A stretch of 63,327 bases of DNA, counting the filler, from Intoshia linei (lineage: Eukaryota > Animalia > Orthonectida), in the NCBI GenBank assembly GCA_001642005.1. It is 6 parts of 6 records of this genome, joined end to end, with 100 filler letters (N's around TTAATTAATTAA, not from the genome) between each part and the next. Parts side by side here need not be neighbours in the genome. Positions count along the whole stretch, not along the records: positions 12,357 to 23,078 come from LWCA01001246.1; positions 23,179 to 32,012 come from LWCA01001414.1; 4 more parts are not named here. The stretch is one strand, 5' to 3'. Under the pieces are notes generated by a model. The model was not told where the DNA came from. It ran no database searches and saw only the letters and a list, made by a program, of their open reading frames with translations. Shown piece by piece: positions 12,755 through 26,004 of the stretch (position 1 is its first letter; every line of letters begins with the position of its first letter). Both the position numbers and the translations under genes were made by a program.

Positions 12755-15700
12755 CCTCTGTTAACAAAATCGTTGCAATTTTCAATACCTATTCGTTTAC
12801 TTCTTTCTTGAAGTCTAGTTTCAACTAATTTTAAAGGTTTGCGTTTAAGCTCGATTGCATTTTTCAGCATAAATATTGCTTTTTTGATTTCGACAATTAT
12901 TTTACAAGTCTAAATAGTTTTTTAATCATTAATTTTCATTTCATCTTGTATTTTTATCTACCTAAATGACTCACTTGCCAAATTAAATCTTATTTTTCAA
13001 ATTTTATAAATTATAAAATATTCAATATTCTCAATACCAAATTTCTAAATTTAAATTAATATTTTGAATATTCTCAAAAAAAATTTGTTTATCGTTATTT
13101 ATTATCTATTATACCCTTGTTTTTAATAGCGATTTTAAAATAAAATAATTGTTTGTAATGAAATAATATACTGTATTATATTAACCATACATACTAAAGA
13201 AGATAAATTTTTTATATATTATAGTGAAATGGACATGAACGAATTTGGCGAGAACTATAGTGCTCATGAAATACATTTCAATAATATATGAGATTTTCTA
13301 GTCTCAATATTGAAAATATGTACATTGTAAACTATTGAAAAAATTAAAGAGTGGTCAGTAATATTGACTGACTGAATTCTCCCATATAAACGTAAAAATT
13401 ACTTTATTCAATTGATTATTAAGACTGTCTAAATGTTTCATGGTGACTTGATGTTTAACGAAAAAAGCATTATTTACATAATTGTATTGAGTCCACATTT
13501 TTTTATTGTATCCTTGTGTTATGTTTTCAACACCATTTTTTAAAGTATCACATTTTTGTCGCTCTTTAACTGATTTTGATATATTTTCTTTACTATGAAT
13601 TTCCCAGTTGTCATTTTTACTTTGACTAAGCAGAAATATTAATAAATAATTAAAATTTTAATTGAAGTTATGTTTAATAGTATTTAAATTGAAAGTTTTA
13701 AATCACCCTATGACAGTGATGGAAAAATGCGTGGTTGCGTATTAATAATACTATAATTTTTGTTAATACATGTTCTAAGACCAGTGCTGAACCCAATGTA
13801 CCCGATAACCATCTTCGGGACCCTCGACAAAATTTTTGTAATATGGGGCATCATTGTTTCAAGTTGAAATTAAAAAAATAATGTTATTGATATTCATTAC
13901 TATTTTATGTGTTAAATTTAAAATAATAAATGTCATGTCAAGAGCCTTGCAGAAGTAGCTAGAGCAGTGATTCTCAACCTTTTATACCTCGAGACCCCTC
14001 CCTTTATTTAGAACTAACAAAAAAATTATTTTAAACTAATGAGAAATTTGCCCTTTAACAGTAGCAACTTTTTCTTTTATTTTGACCCAAGCATAGCTGG
14101 TGCACCATCAGTATAAACACTAGGCGTGTGACAAAATTTTGAAAATTAAGTGCAGGATCGGAAAAAGTTGAGAATTAATCAAAAATGACAATACAAAAAA
14201 AAATTATTTAAATTAGATAAAAATTTGCGGAGACGCATGCGATATTAAAGATCCGATACAAAAATGTTTTACAAAAACTAAAATATAACTTTATTTAATG
14301 GAATGTTATTATCGAATGTATTAGCTATGTTTTGAGTGGCATTGTGTTGATCGTCCTATTTCGTTGTTCACTTTGCATCTTTAAATTCAATTTTACCTCG
14401 TTTACTTTTTATTTTATCCATGTTTAAAGTTATTATTTTATAAAAGTTATCATCTTTCATTGATAAAAATTTTCACTAAAAACAAAAATAAATGAGGTAA
14501 AATTGAATTTAAAGATGCAAAGTGAACAACGAAATAGGACGATCAACACAATGCCACTCAAAACATAGCTAATACATTCGATAATAACATTCCATTAAAT
14601 AAAGTTATATTTTAGTTTTTGTAAAACATTTTTGTATCGGATCTTTAATATCGCATGCGTCTCCGCAAAAAATTCTCCAAAAAAAACTACTAAAATTCAC
14701 ATCCCTAATAAACGCCGCTTATATTGTTCCAATTTAAATTTCCTTCAATAAAAAAGTCACCAATTTTTTTATAAATATCCACTATTTTTGTATTTATAAG
14801 GAGTTCACTGTAAAATAAGAGTTTTTCATAAGTATATTCAAATGAATATACAACACAAAAATTAAAACTAAACAATCAAATAATTTATAAAAATTTGCCC
14901 GTCCCCGATCCTCGTTTGAGAAACTATGGCTAGAGGCTTATGATACTACGCATCGTATGTGGAAAAATTTTGGTGGTCATTTTTCATTTTAGAGTGGCCT
15001 TGAGCTTGGTAAGTTCGGCGCTGACGACAATACTTACCAAGATGAAATAATTTAGTTAAAAATGGATGTCTGTCTATTTGTTTCCATTTATTTACAAAGT
15101 TGTAATGTTAAGAAAGTAATAGGTGCAGAGTTTTAAGAATATCTATGTGCAATACAGCTTTTCGAAAGTGATGATTTATTGCCAATTTCATAAAAAATTA
15201 ATTCCTTCAAGATCATAAATCCCAGTTATCTTTTTTTTTAATTCAAACGAGTCTTAGAATTATAAAAAATACACAATCTGATCAAGCTTTTAAAATTATC
15301 AACATTATCATAAATGACAAACCTAAAAAAGTGTATTTTCATGGTCAAATCACCAGATCTAAATTACAGTCAGTCAGTACAGATCAGTCCTACATTTTTA
15401 AAGAAAATACAGATATATCAATTTTATTCACTCAAATAGTTTCAATTTGATACAGCAACGCCTTCACGGTCATAAAAGCAATTTAGTATTATTTTCTTTT
15501 TTTATTTCAAAATTATTTTATTAAAACAAACAATTTGAAATTAATTAATTATAATTAACGGTCCTACAATTAAAAAAAGAAATTATTCTGATACAGTTTT
15601 GTGTCATAATTTAATTTATCGTTCACTACTTTTAGTTAAAATTTTTGAAAAAAAATAAAGTGCCCCAAAACGAGGTTTATATGACACTTATTTATAGGAA

Positions 15701-17414
15701 ATAGTACATAATACTATGAAACTAATAAAATATTTAAAAAGTGCCCCAAAAAGCGAGGGTGCCCCGCTGCCGAGGTTCACCTTAAACCGGGTCGGACTGT
15801 ATATATATAATTTATGTCAACAGAGCTAACTGCTGTTTGTACAAAATACATAACAGTCAACCTAGTGTCAAATATAATATTTTTGAAATTACAAATTATC
15901 AAAATTTTGTACGCCAGGAAAAAACTTTAAATTTTTATCTTGCAACGTTAAACAATGAAGTCTATTTTCTATTTTCATAGCATGTAATTTTCGTTCCAAG
16001 TCCTTTTCACATGTCTTTTTTATTAACATGTTGCTTCTAAAATTAACAGAAATCTTTTTAATATAGGTAATTTAGTAAGATTACTTCATTTGTTCTGTTA
16101 TTTTTTTGATGAACGAAGATATTTCAAGTTGATATTTCATAATTATGTCCACTTCCTATAAAATTTAAAGATGATTATGTAAAGAATTGACCAAAAATTT
16201 TAAACCGGAAAAAATATTTATCTCACTTAATTAAATCATTTTTTTATTGAAAATTAGTAACTTTGCTTTTAAGCTAAAAATGAAATAAATGTAGAGATTA
16301 ATATGAGATCAGTGATAAAAACTTTCAAAAATGTTCATATTAAACCTGATTTAATAACTTTTCAACTTTATCATTAATCCTATCAGACTTGCAACGTTTT
16401 TCTCTTTGTTTAATACATGCAATTGAAATAGACAGTGGTCCCCTGGTTTCTTCCAATAGTTTAATTAATGATTCTTTAGATTTTTCAAGTAATTTAATAT
16501 TTGCATCCATTTTTTTTATTTCAATAATTAAATCATTTTTCCACACTGAAATAGAATTGATACGGTCACCTAAAATTTATTAGTTTTTACGGTCAAAAAA
16601 TCATTTTAGTATTCATACATTTTTTTTCTGAAATATTTTATTAAAACAAAAAATGTGAAATAATTAATTAATTTCAAATTCTCATTTTCAAAACATTTTG
16701 TATAAAATTAAAATTATAACACTACAGCAACGAATTTATAAAAGTTTAATTGTTTCAAATTTAACATAAAATGGCAAAAAGAAAAGTGATATTCAGAAGC
16801 AAACAGGCCATAAAGGTGAAGATGAGACGTCTCAATAATTCATCACATTGAAAATGACAAAATTGGTTTTTATAATTTTATTTTTTTTGTAATTTATACT
16901 ATTTATGACAATTTTTAGGATTGGACTGTTTTTACTTTATTTTTAAATGTTAACAAACAAAAAATTAAGATGGAATAATTCACTTTAAAGTAAAAAGTAA
17001 TGTGATATGATGGTTTCACCTGAACAAAATTTGGGACCACTCTTTTAAAAGAATGATAATAGTGAATAGTAGGATTTTTAAGTTAGATTTTCAACATGAA
17101 TTTATTTTTTGATATAATAAAAATTGCCTTCAGCAGAGCTAGGTGCTGTTTGTACGTAGTACATAACAGTCAACCTAATATTATATAAGTAAGGATAATT
17201 ATAAACATGATGTATATAAAATTTAAAACAAAAACCCAATTTCTTTGTATTTTCATTTTCAATTTTTAAAAGTTTTTGTTCACTACTTTTGACAATTTTC
17301 CATGATGCAGTTTTAAATAAATCTGCATCACTCTTTTCTTTTTGTGATTTTATTAGTTGTAGACTAATATGAGAGTTCCATTCATTTGATGTTTTAGGTG
17401 TATAAAACACGTTT
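12755..17414 (-). CDS. Tektin (TEKT3/5-like), multi-exon; first and last exons unresolved
   Basis: Coiled-coil exons ENTKKLGDRINSISVWK, PLSISIACIKQREKRCKSDRINDKVEKLLNQEVDII, KTCEKDLERKLHAMKIE, KPLKLVETRLQERSKRIGIENCND (tektin RPxxELCxD-like motif). Confidence 0.9.
13965..14927. mobile_element. hAT MITE with nested insertion and hairpin, in tektin intron
   Basis: cagtgattctcaacc ... gtttgagaaactatg; gctagag duplicated on both flanks. Confidence 0.65.
14224..14669. repeat. Apparently perfect ~176-bp inverted repeat with ~94-nt spacer
   Basis: 14224-14399 is the reverse complement of 14494-14669; no mismatch seen by eye. Confidence 0.93.
15040..15865 (+). mobile_element. Non-autonomous Helitron-like element with nested TA-cagt...actg-TA MITE (~15592-15800)
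   Basis: 5' aaaaatggatgtctgtct; 3' hairpin ctgtttgtac-aaaa-tacataacag then tcaacCTAG|t. Confidence 0.7.
16583..17179 (+). mobile_element. Helitron-like 3' part in tektin intron
   Basis: Same 3' hairpin (gctgtttgtacgtagtacataacagtcaaccta); close match to ~59100-59446. Confidence 0.7.
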
Positions 17415-18599
17415 CTTGATATAAAATATTTAAAATAATTTAAAGTTGAATATCAAATTATACAATTGTGAACCGATGCAATGGCCAGTACATTGTTGCG
17501 AAAAACTTCAATCAAAAATTTAATAAATTAATTTATCATGTACTCTATTAAAGGGTTTACCATTCAAGAGTAATTAGAAAAATATTCAAATGTGGGGATC
17601 ATGGAAAATTAATATTTAATATTAGGTGCGCAATAAATTATATGAAAATGTCATTCATTTGATTTTACTGACATTATTGAAAATGATTAACAATTTTTTC
17701 TGTTTCATTGATAATGATTAATCGACTCGGCTTCAATACATACAATGATAACCACATGCCCAATGTTCCTTTTACGGTGCTGATTGGATCATCTTACAGA
17801 TTTTTTTTAAATAAACGTAAAAGATGTGTATTTTTTTAATTGACTGTGTATAAAATTAAAAAAAACTGAAAATCAAAGAAAAAAATCCAAACGTGACAAG
17901 ATACAAAACCTTTACTATGTTTATTTATACGACTTCAAATCAGAATATATATTGTTTATCAAAGATAAAAGTAATTATGAAAATACATTTGTTGAAAATT
18001 TTTTACAATATACAATACAAATAAAAGTATATTATGATAAGCAAATATAAAGTATATTAATTATACCTATTACTATTCGGATACACATTGGCATGTCTAA
18101 ACCGGAAAGAATTAATATTATTCAAACTATTTGATCGCATTAACTATTAATTGAAAAATGATTTAGTCTTTTTCAAATACAATTAAACTATTTTCAATAG
18201 CTCAAGGTTAAGTAATGTAATTCATAAATTGTACAATTTCAAAATAAATAAATGAAATCAATTTACTCTCATTTTCAATTGTATAATTTATAGATTAAAT
18301 TGCTTCATTAGTTGATCAGTGATCAAATTAAATTGTTTATGACCTGAGATACAATATAACCATTTTTTAAGAAAGGAGGCTATATAATTAGTTACAATAT
18401 TTATCTGTGAAAAATTTGTATTACCTTTAAATTGTAAAACAATTAATATTTACCTATATAAATTTATTTGTCAAAAGTCAAATGAAACTTATTTGAGATA
18501 TATTCATAATTTAACATTCTAAAGAAACTATTGTAACAATTACAATTTTATTATCCATTCAATTGAATAACTGTGTTTTACTGTTAATTAAAACATTTA

Positions 18600-19154
18600 A
18601 AGTTCAGGCATTCATTTTTTTTTATTTTGTAACTATTTTATTAACCTTTGTAAAACAAAAAATTTGATATAATTAACGGTCCTACAATTAAAAAAAAAAG
18701 ATTATTCTGACAGATTATTCATTTTACGATTTGATAGATACAAAATTAAAAATATATATTTATAAAAAATATACAATCTAATCAAGATATTAAAATCATC
18801 AACATTATGATAATTTTAAATTTCAAAATCTTATATTTTCACGGCCAAAACCACAAATTACCCTTTCCTGTAAAAATAAAAAATGTCCTAGAATTGATTA
18901 CCACATAAATTCTGGGTTAGTTTTTAAAATCATAAGCATTATCATAAATGGCAACCTCAAAAAAGTTTATTTTCATGATCAAAACGCCAGATAGCCCAGA
19001 AACCACCCGATAATTTAAAAAAAATTTCAATCTGACAAATTGACGCCCTTACTATCAAAAAATCACTTTAGTATTCATTTTTTTTAGAATTAAAAAAATT
19101 AACCCTCGATAGAGCTAACTGATGTTTGTACCAAGTACGTAACAGTCAATCTAG
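18600..19154 (+). mobile_element. Helitron-like copy
   Basis: Family blocks plus 3' end gatgtttgtaccaagtacgtaacagtcaatCTAG|t. Confidence 0.65.
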
Positions 19155-19157
19155 TAA

Positions 19158-20737
19158 TACAAGGAAATTCCTTGTTAACGGACTGTGAATTTTTCTAAAG
19201 TAAAACAATTCCAATAAATTTTAAATTAAAATGATTAGCATCATAATTATACTAAAGCTTTTCCAATTAAAATTACAAATATAGATACGAAAACATTTTA
19301 TTTTATTCTCGATTAATGATGATAATAAATTATTAAATAATGGTTGATTATTAATTATATGAAATGAAATGACCTGCAAATATAGGTTAAGTGGAATGAA
19401 AATCAAAATATTTTCAGTATTTTTATGTCGTGGTTCAAATAGTGTACGGATCCCAATTTCAAAATATTTATTTTTTTGGACCCCAAGGGAAACATGAAAT
19501 ATAGAACATTAATGAAAAAATTAAAGGTTTTTCATTATAGGATTTAGTAAAATCGTGTTTTCAAAAAAATAATGGAAAAATCGGATTTTTCAAAATAATA
19601 TTGGAACAAGAGGATATTTGCCTTAAGCTTTGGTTATATAGAACTTTTATTTTGAGGTTAAAAAAAAGTTTTCTCATAAGATTTGGTAAAATCGTGTTTT
19701 TCAAAAAAATAATGGAAAAGTGTTTTTTTCCCTTATGGGTTGGTAAATTTGCATTTTTTATTTTGTGGTTTGAATAAGTCGATTTCTTTCATAAAGTTTT
19801 GTAAAATCGGATTTTTTAGTAAATTTTATTAATGGTGCCATAAAAGTGAAATTTTTAAATAATATAGACAAATAAATAATAATGTAGCGGTTGTCAAATA
19901 TTTGGGATAATGAACATTTAGAAACTCTAATAAATATTAAAAATTCTCCTATAAAAATAAACAAAAATATTTATATATTTTATTTGAATCTTACGGAGCA
20001 GGCAGAGCTGTCTTAAGCCACTTCAGGCCCTGGGCTAAACAAAGGGCCGGGGCCTTTAAAATTTCGAGCGAAGCGATAAAAAAAATTTAGACCCCCTGTT
20101 TAGAAAACAGGGCGTACTGTTGGTTGGAGACTTAAAGTTTTATTTCATTGAGTATTATTAAAAGCATTAAAAGATATTATGTAGGTTTCTAGTAACTTTT
20201 ATTTATTTTACAAAAACCTACTTACATTAATTAATGAACAAATTTTACTTTTTCATTTTAAAATATGCACTCTGCACTCTGCAGTCACAAAAAATTCTTG
20301 ATAATTCTTCACAAATGTTGTTTTCTCACTTTTTTCTGAGAAAATCATTCTCAATTGACATTAAGGAGAGCGCATTCAAACGAGGTTGAGCTAAGCAATT
20401 TCGAAGTTCATTCTTAATTATTTTTAGTTTAGAAAAACTTCAAACTTTAATAAACTTCAAAACTTATAAACTAATTATTAAGATATAAATATAAGTAGTT
20501 TTATTAATTTGGGGGCCTTTTTTAATGAGGGACCCTGGGCTACAGCCCATATTGCCCATGCCTTAAAACGGCTCTGGGAGCAGGAATATCATTTTGGACC
20601 CCAATCGGGAACCACTTTTTTAATTAATCATTATTTATATAAAATTCGATTAACGAGAATGTTTTTCCAAAAAAAATCCTCGTTAACAAAATGAAATTTT
20701 TTTTTAGAACCAATTATTATCGAGGAATTAGCCTGTA
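19158..20737. mobile_element. Tc1/pogo-like non-autonomous element with nested hAT MITEs; inverted relative at ~39910-40797
   Basis: Ends tacaaggaaattcct / aggaattagcctgta; extended reverse-complement similarity to 39910-40797. Confidence 0.6.
20003..20576 (-). mobile_element. hAT deletion derivative with dimerisation-domain remnant
   Basis: TIR cagagctgtcttaag / cttaaaacggctctg; perfect 8-bp TSD ggagcagg; minus strand SFSKLKIIKNELRNCLAQPRLNALSLMSIEN. Confidence 0.92.
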
Positions 20738-21179
20738 TAATAAAATTACATATTTTTCTCATATATTCAATGTATAATATTCATAAAACATTCAAAATAA
20801 GGTATATATCAGAGCTGCGATATGATTGAATGAAATGATTAACTTGATGCTAATCCTGATAAGACAGTCTTTACGATAAGATGAATATATCTGTTCTTTT
20901 GGTATTGTTTAGAAAATGTTGTTAAATTGACCAAATCGAAGATTATTAAATCCTTGATTATTTATGATATAATTTCTAAGGTCTAGACTCCAGATATTCT
21001 AAGGTTAATATTCATAGTATGAATTTCATAATAAAAAATTTTTAAATAGACAATATTGTAAATTATAAACCTGTATTTTAAATTTATACAATATAACATT
21101 ATTTTTGAAATTTCCATTTATTGTCGATAAATTTAAAGTGCTAAATTGAATGTAAAAAATTAAAAAATAAAAAAATTAC

Positions 21180-22575
21180 ATTGCTTGGAGTTGTTTCAAT
21201 AGCTCGACTCTAAATGTTAGTATCATTATTTTTAATTAATAGTCCTTTCTTTTTTATCAAAATGAAAAAAGTCCCATTTATTTAAAATATTTTTTACTAA
21301 TCACATTATTTATTTTTCAAGTTATATTATTATTACATACATCCACATTACATTGAATTCCAAACAATATAATTATAAATTGTTGGAATTTGTAATTATA
21401 TTGTTATAATGCAATATATATACTGTATATGTGTGTATAAGTGTATATAAGTGTATGTATATAAGTATAAGTGTATAAGTGTAAGATAAGTGTTAGCTCG
21501 TAATCCTAAATTACTTGCAATGATAAAATGATTAAAATTGTAAAGTGGACAATAACATGTATAAACAATTAAAAAAAAAGAACCATACCACAACTTGTGA
21601 ACCACAGTATATACAAAATAAAAGAAATTACATTATACAAGTTTAGTTTAAAATCTCCATATTTACCCTTTGAAACATTAACAATTAAAGATTCAGAAGA
21701 GCATCTATTGTTGCGAACGATTAAATGTTTGGGTAAATTACAATTAATTTTAGATGAATTTTTGTTGAAAACAACTTTTTCTCCATTAATTACATTAATA
21801 AAAGTTATATTCTAAAATTAATAAAATTAAATCAACATTAAATGCAAATACAAATTAAATTACTTCGCTGTTTTGGATGGAATTGCAGGTGTAATCGGAA
21901 TATATAATATACAATGCTTTTTTAGGTTCATCATCTGAAATACTATAAATTTCACCAACTTTAGTTTGATTTTTAGTATCTTTTTCTTTCTAAAAAATTA
22001 ATAAAATAATTTCAAACAAAATTTTTATAGGTAAAATTAAACACATCCACTAACATACCAAAAAAGCTACAGATTATTACTAAACACGAGACACCAAAAA
22101 ATAATTATATGTTCAATTCTATTAACACAATCACTAGGCTCAATTCTCGAATCGACAGTACATGTGGGTAAAAAATTTCGCAAAGTAATATGCACAATTG
22201 TATCATTACCACTCGCTATAAAATTTAATTATGCCAATTAAATTAAATGATGGGTAATATTAAAATTATGCAATAAAATATTACACTTGATTCAATAGAG
22301 TGCATAACATTAGTATTTATGTAGGCGGTAATGTTTGAATTTGGTGAAGATATTCGAAAAATTCCATCAAAATATGCAAATCGATAGTTTTCATTGTTAA
22401 CAGAAATTGTTAATTTAGGAAACACAACATTAAAGGTCAACGATTCTTTAATATATTTGATTGAAAATGTTGATTCTTTCAATAAACATTCATATTTTTC
22501 TCCAAAATTAAATTTTATCTTCAAAGTACAAGTAATAATGTATTCATTTTTGCATTCAAAATGAATGTTGATAAC
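21180..22575 (-). CDS. Unassigned multi-exon gene, probably a membrane or secreted glycoprotein, partial
   Basis: GT-AG bounded exons near 22575-22285, 22217-22060, 21989-21864, 21811-21587; N-x-S/T sequons (NIT, NSS, NVS) and hydrophobic VISFILYILWF; frame not fully resolved. Confidence 0.45.
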
Positions 22576-23178
22576 TAAAAATGAACAATAAATTCCAATA
22601 ATATACTACAGTATAAACTATAACCTGCTATTAGTACGGTAAACCCTTGAAACGTGAAATCGTCGGAGAATATATATCTGCGTAGTTCTCTAGTATTGAG
22701 GTTCTTAAACTTAAAACTCCGCGGCCCCTATAAAAATTCTAAATTACCAATTTGTCTAAAGATTTGATTCTGGTAAAAAGCAAAGGATCCAATTTTTGAA
22801 ATTGAAATAAATTATTGAATTATTTGTACATTTGCATGAAGTGTACCATAAATGAGAACCGAGTCTACCATGCTGGAGACCCACCCTATGATTAAAAATA
22901 GACCCTAAACTTATGAAAAACCTACGGGAATGCTGAACCCCTCTTCAGGAACTCGAAGAAATTTTTGAAAAATAGGTCCTCATTTTTTAAATTGAACATT
23001 AAAAAAAAAAGATTAATTAATTTTTCAGTATTTAATTAAAATACTGACATTTTTTAATAAAAAATGTTCTGTATTTTCNNNNNNNNNNNNNNNNNNNNNN
23101 NNNNNNNNNNNNNNNNNNNNNNTTAATTAATTAANNNNNNNNNNNNNNNNNNNNNNNNNNNNNNNNNNNNNNNNNNNN

Positions 23179-23637
23179 TTGCTGATGCCCATAAATATTC
23201 GTTTCTAGAACCATTAAATTTATGATATTGTCATCAATAATTTGATTAAAAATATCAATAGGTGATATATTTTTAGGTTTTCTATCGATGCGCTTTTGTA
23301 GTTCAAAGTTACCAGTGAATTGAAACAGAGATTTTGGGTTTATTTCTTTGTACCATTCTTGTATATTTTCATTGGATATTTCCATAGTTTGTATTTGGTG
23401 GTTCCAATATTGATGATTTGGTAAAATATAGAAAACACAATTCGAATTGAAATTTTTTATTAGAAATTACACGTAATACCATGTGTATTATGTCACATTC
23501 CTTTTGAGCAATAAAAATTTATAAATTAATGTAACATTAGTGATATTTTCATATTAGATCATTTTAAATGGCATAAATTCAAATTGAATTGTCGACGTGT
23601 GGTGAGAATCATAAAATTTATTTAGACAGTGAAAGGG
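23179..23637 (-). mobile_element. piggyBac 5' end with N-terminal transposase
   Basis: TTAA-CCCTTTCACTG terminus; SPIDIFNQIIDDNIINLMVLETNIY is a PGBD N-terminal motif. Confidence 0.85.
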
Positions 23638-23860
23638 TTAAATAAAATATATCTGCTATTTTTTGAACTCCAATTCTAATTTTTACTCAAAAAACGTATT
23701 CTGTTTTCCTTCATACCACCATGGATTATAAAATTTATATTTTAAAAAAAATTTTTGTTTTGTTTACAAAAATGTATGATTAAAATGTTAATAACTATTG
23801 TCTGATTGTATAACATTTTATTATTATAATAAAGATAATTTTTAAACAGTACATCTAAGT

Positions 23861-24260
23861 CAGTGTTTCCCAACCTTTTTTATGCTAGACACCACTTTTA
23901 CTCTTAAATAAATCCCAGGCCCACTGAAAAAAGATTCGAGCGAGTTATAATAAAATAATGATAAAAACAATAATAATGTATTTATTTTTTAGAATTAATG
24001 AGACGATTGAGCCTGACGATTCTGACAGAGTTTATTAATATTAGGTACTAATGTTGTAAGCTTTAATCGTAGATCTCCCCTTTTTGAAATTTGTAGTCTA
24101 TTTTTTGTCAGTAAGTCTAAAACTGCACTAAACCAGCATTCTGCTAAATAAGAAGATGGAAATTCCAACAGAGCAATCCTAGCAAAAGTAGTTAAAGTCG
24201 GATAATTTTGTAAATTTGGCATTTTGCATATACTCATCAATTTAGTTAAATTTGAATTCA
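23861..24260 (-). mobile_element. hAT (Buster) 3' end with C-terminal transposase
   Basis: TIR cagtgtttcccaacc; YPTL..ALLEFPSSYLAECWFSAV..RGDLRLKLT..QAQSSH*. Confidence 0.9.
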
Positions 24261-24321
24261 ATAGCCCACGATCATTATAAATATATTTGTTTTTTGTCAT
24301 TCTAAGCCGTTTTTTTATGTA

Positions 24322-24493
24322 CAGTGATATCTCCATATAGTCACGTTCGATTACTTCAATGTTAGTTTATTTGGAGTTAAATGTAAAGCCAAAATTACAT
24401 ATCTATGATTGTAAAAAATATTTTTGGCTTAAAATTATTTCTAAATAAATTAAAATTTAAGTAATCGAACGTGACTATATCGAGATATCACTG
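24322..24493. mobile_element. Tc1/mariner-type MITE, 172 bp
   Basis: 35-bp TIR cagtgatatctc(c/g)atatagtcacgttcgattactt with one mismatch; TA on both sides. Confidence 0.92.
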
Positions 24494-24495
24494 TA

Positions 24496-24986
24496 TTAGC
24501 ATTTTTAAGTAAATTTTATACATATATGGTCAGTTTCTCGAAATTCTTCCAATCCAAATGCAAAATTGTTTGTGACAGAACCGACATTAAGTACTAAAAA
24601 CTGGACAGATGCGTATCAATGGATTCAAAAACAAAAGACTATTATTATGTCACATGATCAGTATTATGTAAACTGGAAATGATGTTAACTTGACCGAGGA
24701 CCATGTGAGTCAATATGTGGATTCAATAAATCAAAGCAGTTTTGAAAATTTTTTTAATATGAGAAAATGTTGAAATTTTGTTTGGAAAATATCACTTAAT
24801 CATGAAAATTGGAATTTTTCGAAGTCTACGCGTCTTTTTTCCGGTAAACATTCCATTGGTATAGCAATACGATTAAGAATTAATGGGCGTATTGTACCTC
24901 GAGAGTCGAAAGCTCTCCCATTTAATATCAAAAGAAAGAGGGGACGACCAGCTCAGGCTAATCAAGCTTTCCTGAATCAGTGTTAA
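24496..24986 (+). pseudogene. Degenerate MULE/SWIM transposase C-terminus
   Basis: GKHSIGIAIRLRI..VPRESKALPFNIKRKRGRPAQANQAFLNQ: decayed SWIM CKH motif plus AT-hook RGRP. Confidence 0.65.
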
Positions 24987-26004
24987 ATTAACGATTAATT
25001 CAATAAATTAAATGTTAGTTTTATAAAAAATTTGATTGAGTTGGATGATTTTTAAAAGTTGAGTGATTTAGTTGAAATTAAGTTGAAGAAAGTTGACTTG
25101 TTGAATGAAATTTATGCATAACATTTATGTGGTACAAAAGTGAGTTGTACTTAGAAATTGTGTTCTTCGGCTCGGGAAACCTTACGTTGGGAGCGCTCGG
25201 AAGTAGTTGTACAAAGGGCTGAGACGTTGAGCAGTCGAGTTGGAAGGTCTGGTGGGAGGTGTAGTGTTGTACCAGTTTAGTTGTTAGTCACTTTATACTT
25301 TTGTATTAAAACTTCACATTGAATTATTTTGAAATTATTAGTAAATAAGTTTCGCTGAAAAATCTAAAGATCTTCGAGGACAAAACATTACAATGTTGAT
25401 GATTTTAAAATCTTTATCAGATTTTGTATTTTATGTGTATTATTATTATTGTGTTTTATTAAAGGATGAAGTGGGGTTTGGACGTTGAAGGACTATATTT
25501 CTGAAAATGAAATTATGATTAAATATAAATTCCAATGATTTTTTTAAACTTTCTTATCCTTCAGTAATTTGGATATTTATGATATTTTCCTGATTTGGAA
25601 ACGCTGACTTAGATTCACCAGTGTTACAAGAGCATTGATTATTTTCTGAATATCTGCGTGGGTACTTTGAAACGTTTACTGGATACCAGATTGGAAACCA
25701 CAGAATTTAGAGTTTATTTCCAATAATATTTGAAATAGTATGTTAAATTTAACTAATACATGTGCTTATATTGTCATATGTAAGATGTGGCAGAAGTGAA
25801 AATGCGAGTTAAATTTTATCTGCAATAATTAAAACAATATTGTACAGGCCTGTCCTTATTACAAATTGACTTAAAACAATCTAATAAAAAATTTTAAGTG
25901 TAATGTAATGACACAGTTTAAATCCCAGCAACTCATTCAACCTGTAAAAGGTGTCAATTAATTAGAATGTATTTCAATTGCGTAAAATTTAAATTGAAAT
26001 AGAT

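Noticed and set aside
21420-21490. (gtataa)n-like run and the 69-aa ORF across it
   Set aside because: Degenerate microsatellite; the ORF is a low-complexity by-product
22060-22217. In-frame stops in putative exons suggesting a variant genetic code
   Set aside because: DHPS, ADAM17, WASP and TFIIS read cleanly in the standard code and end in TAA, TAG or TGA; unresolved tiny introns are the simpler explanation
23995-24336. 113-aa ORF as a domesticated transposase gene
   Set aside because: Its ATG comes from the TIR of an inserted MITE and only the hAT C-terminal fragment is present
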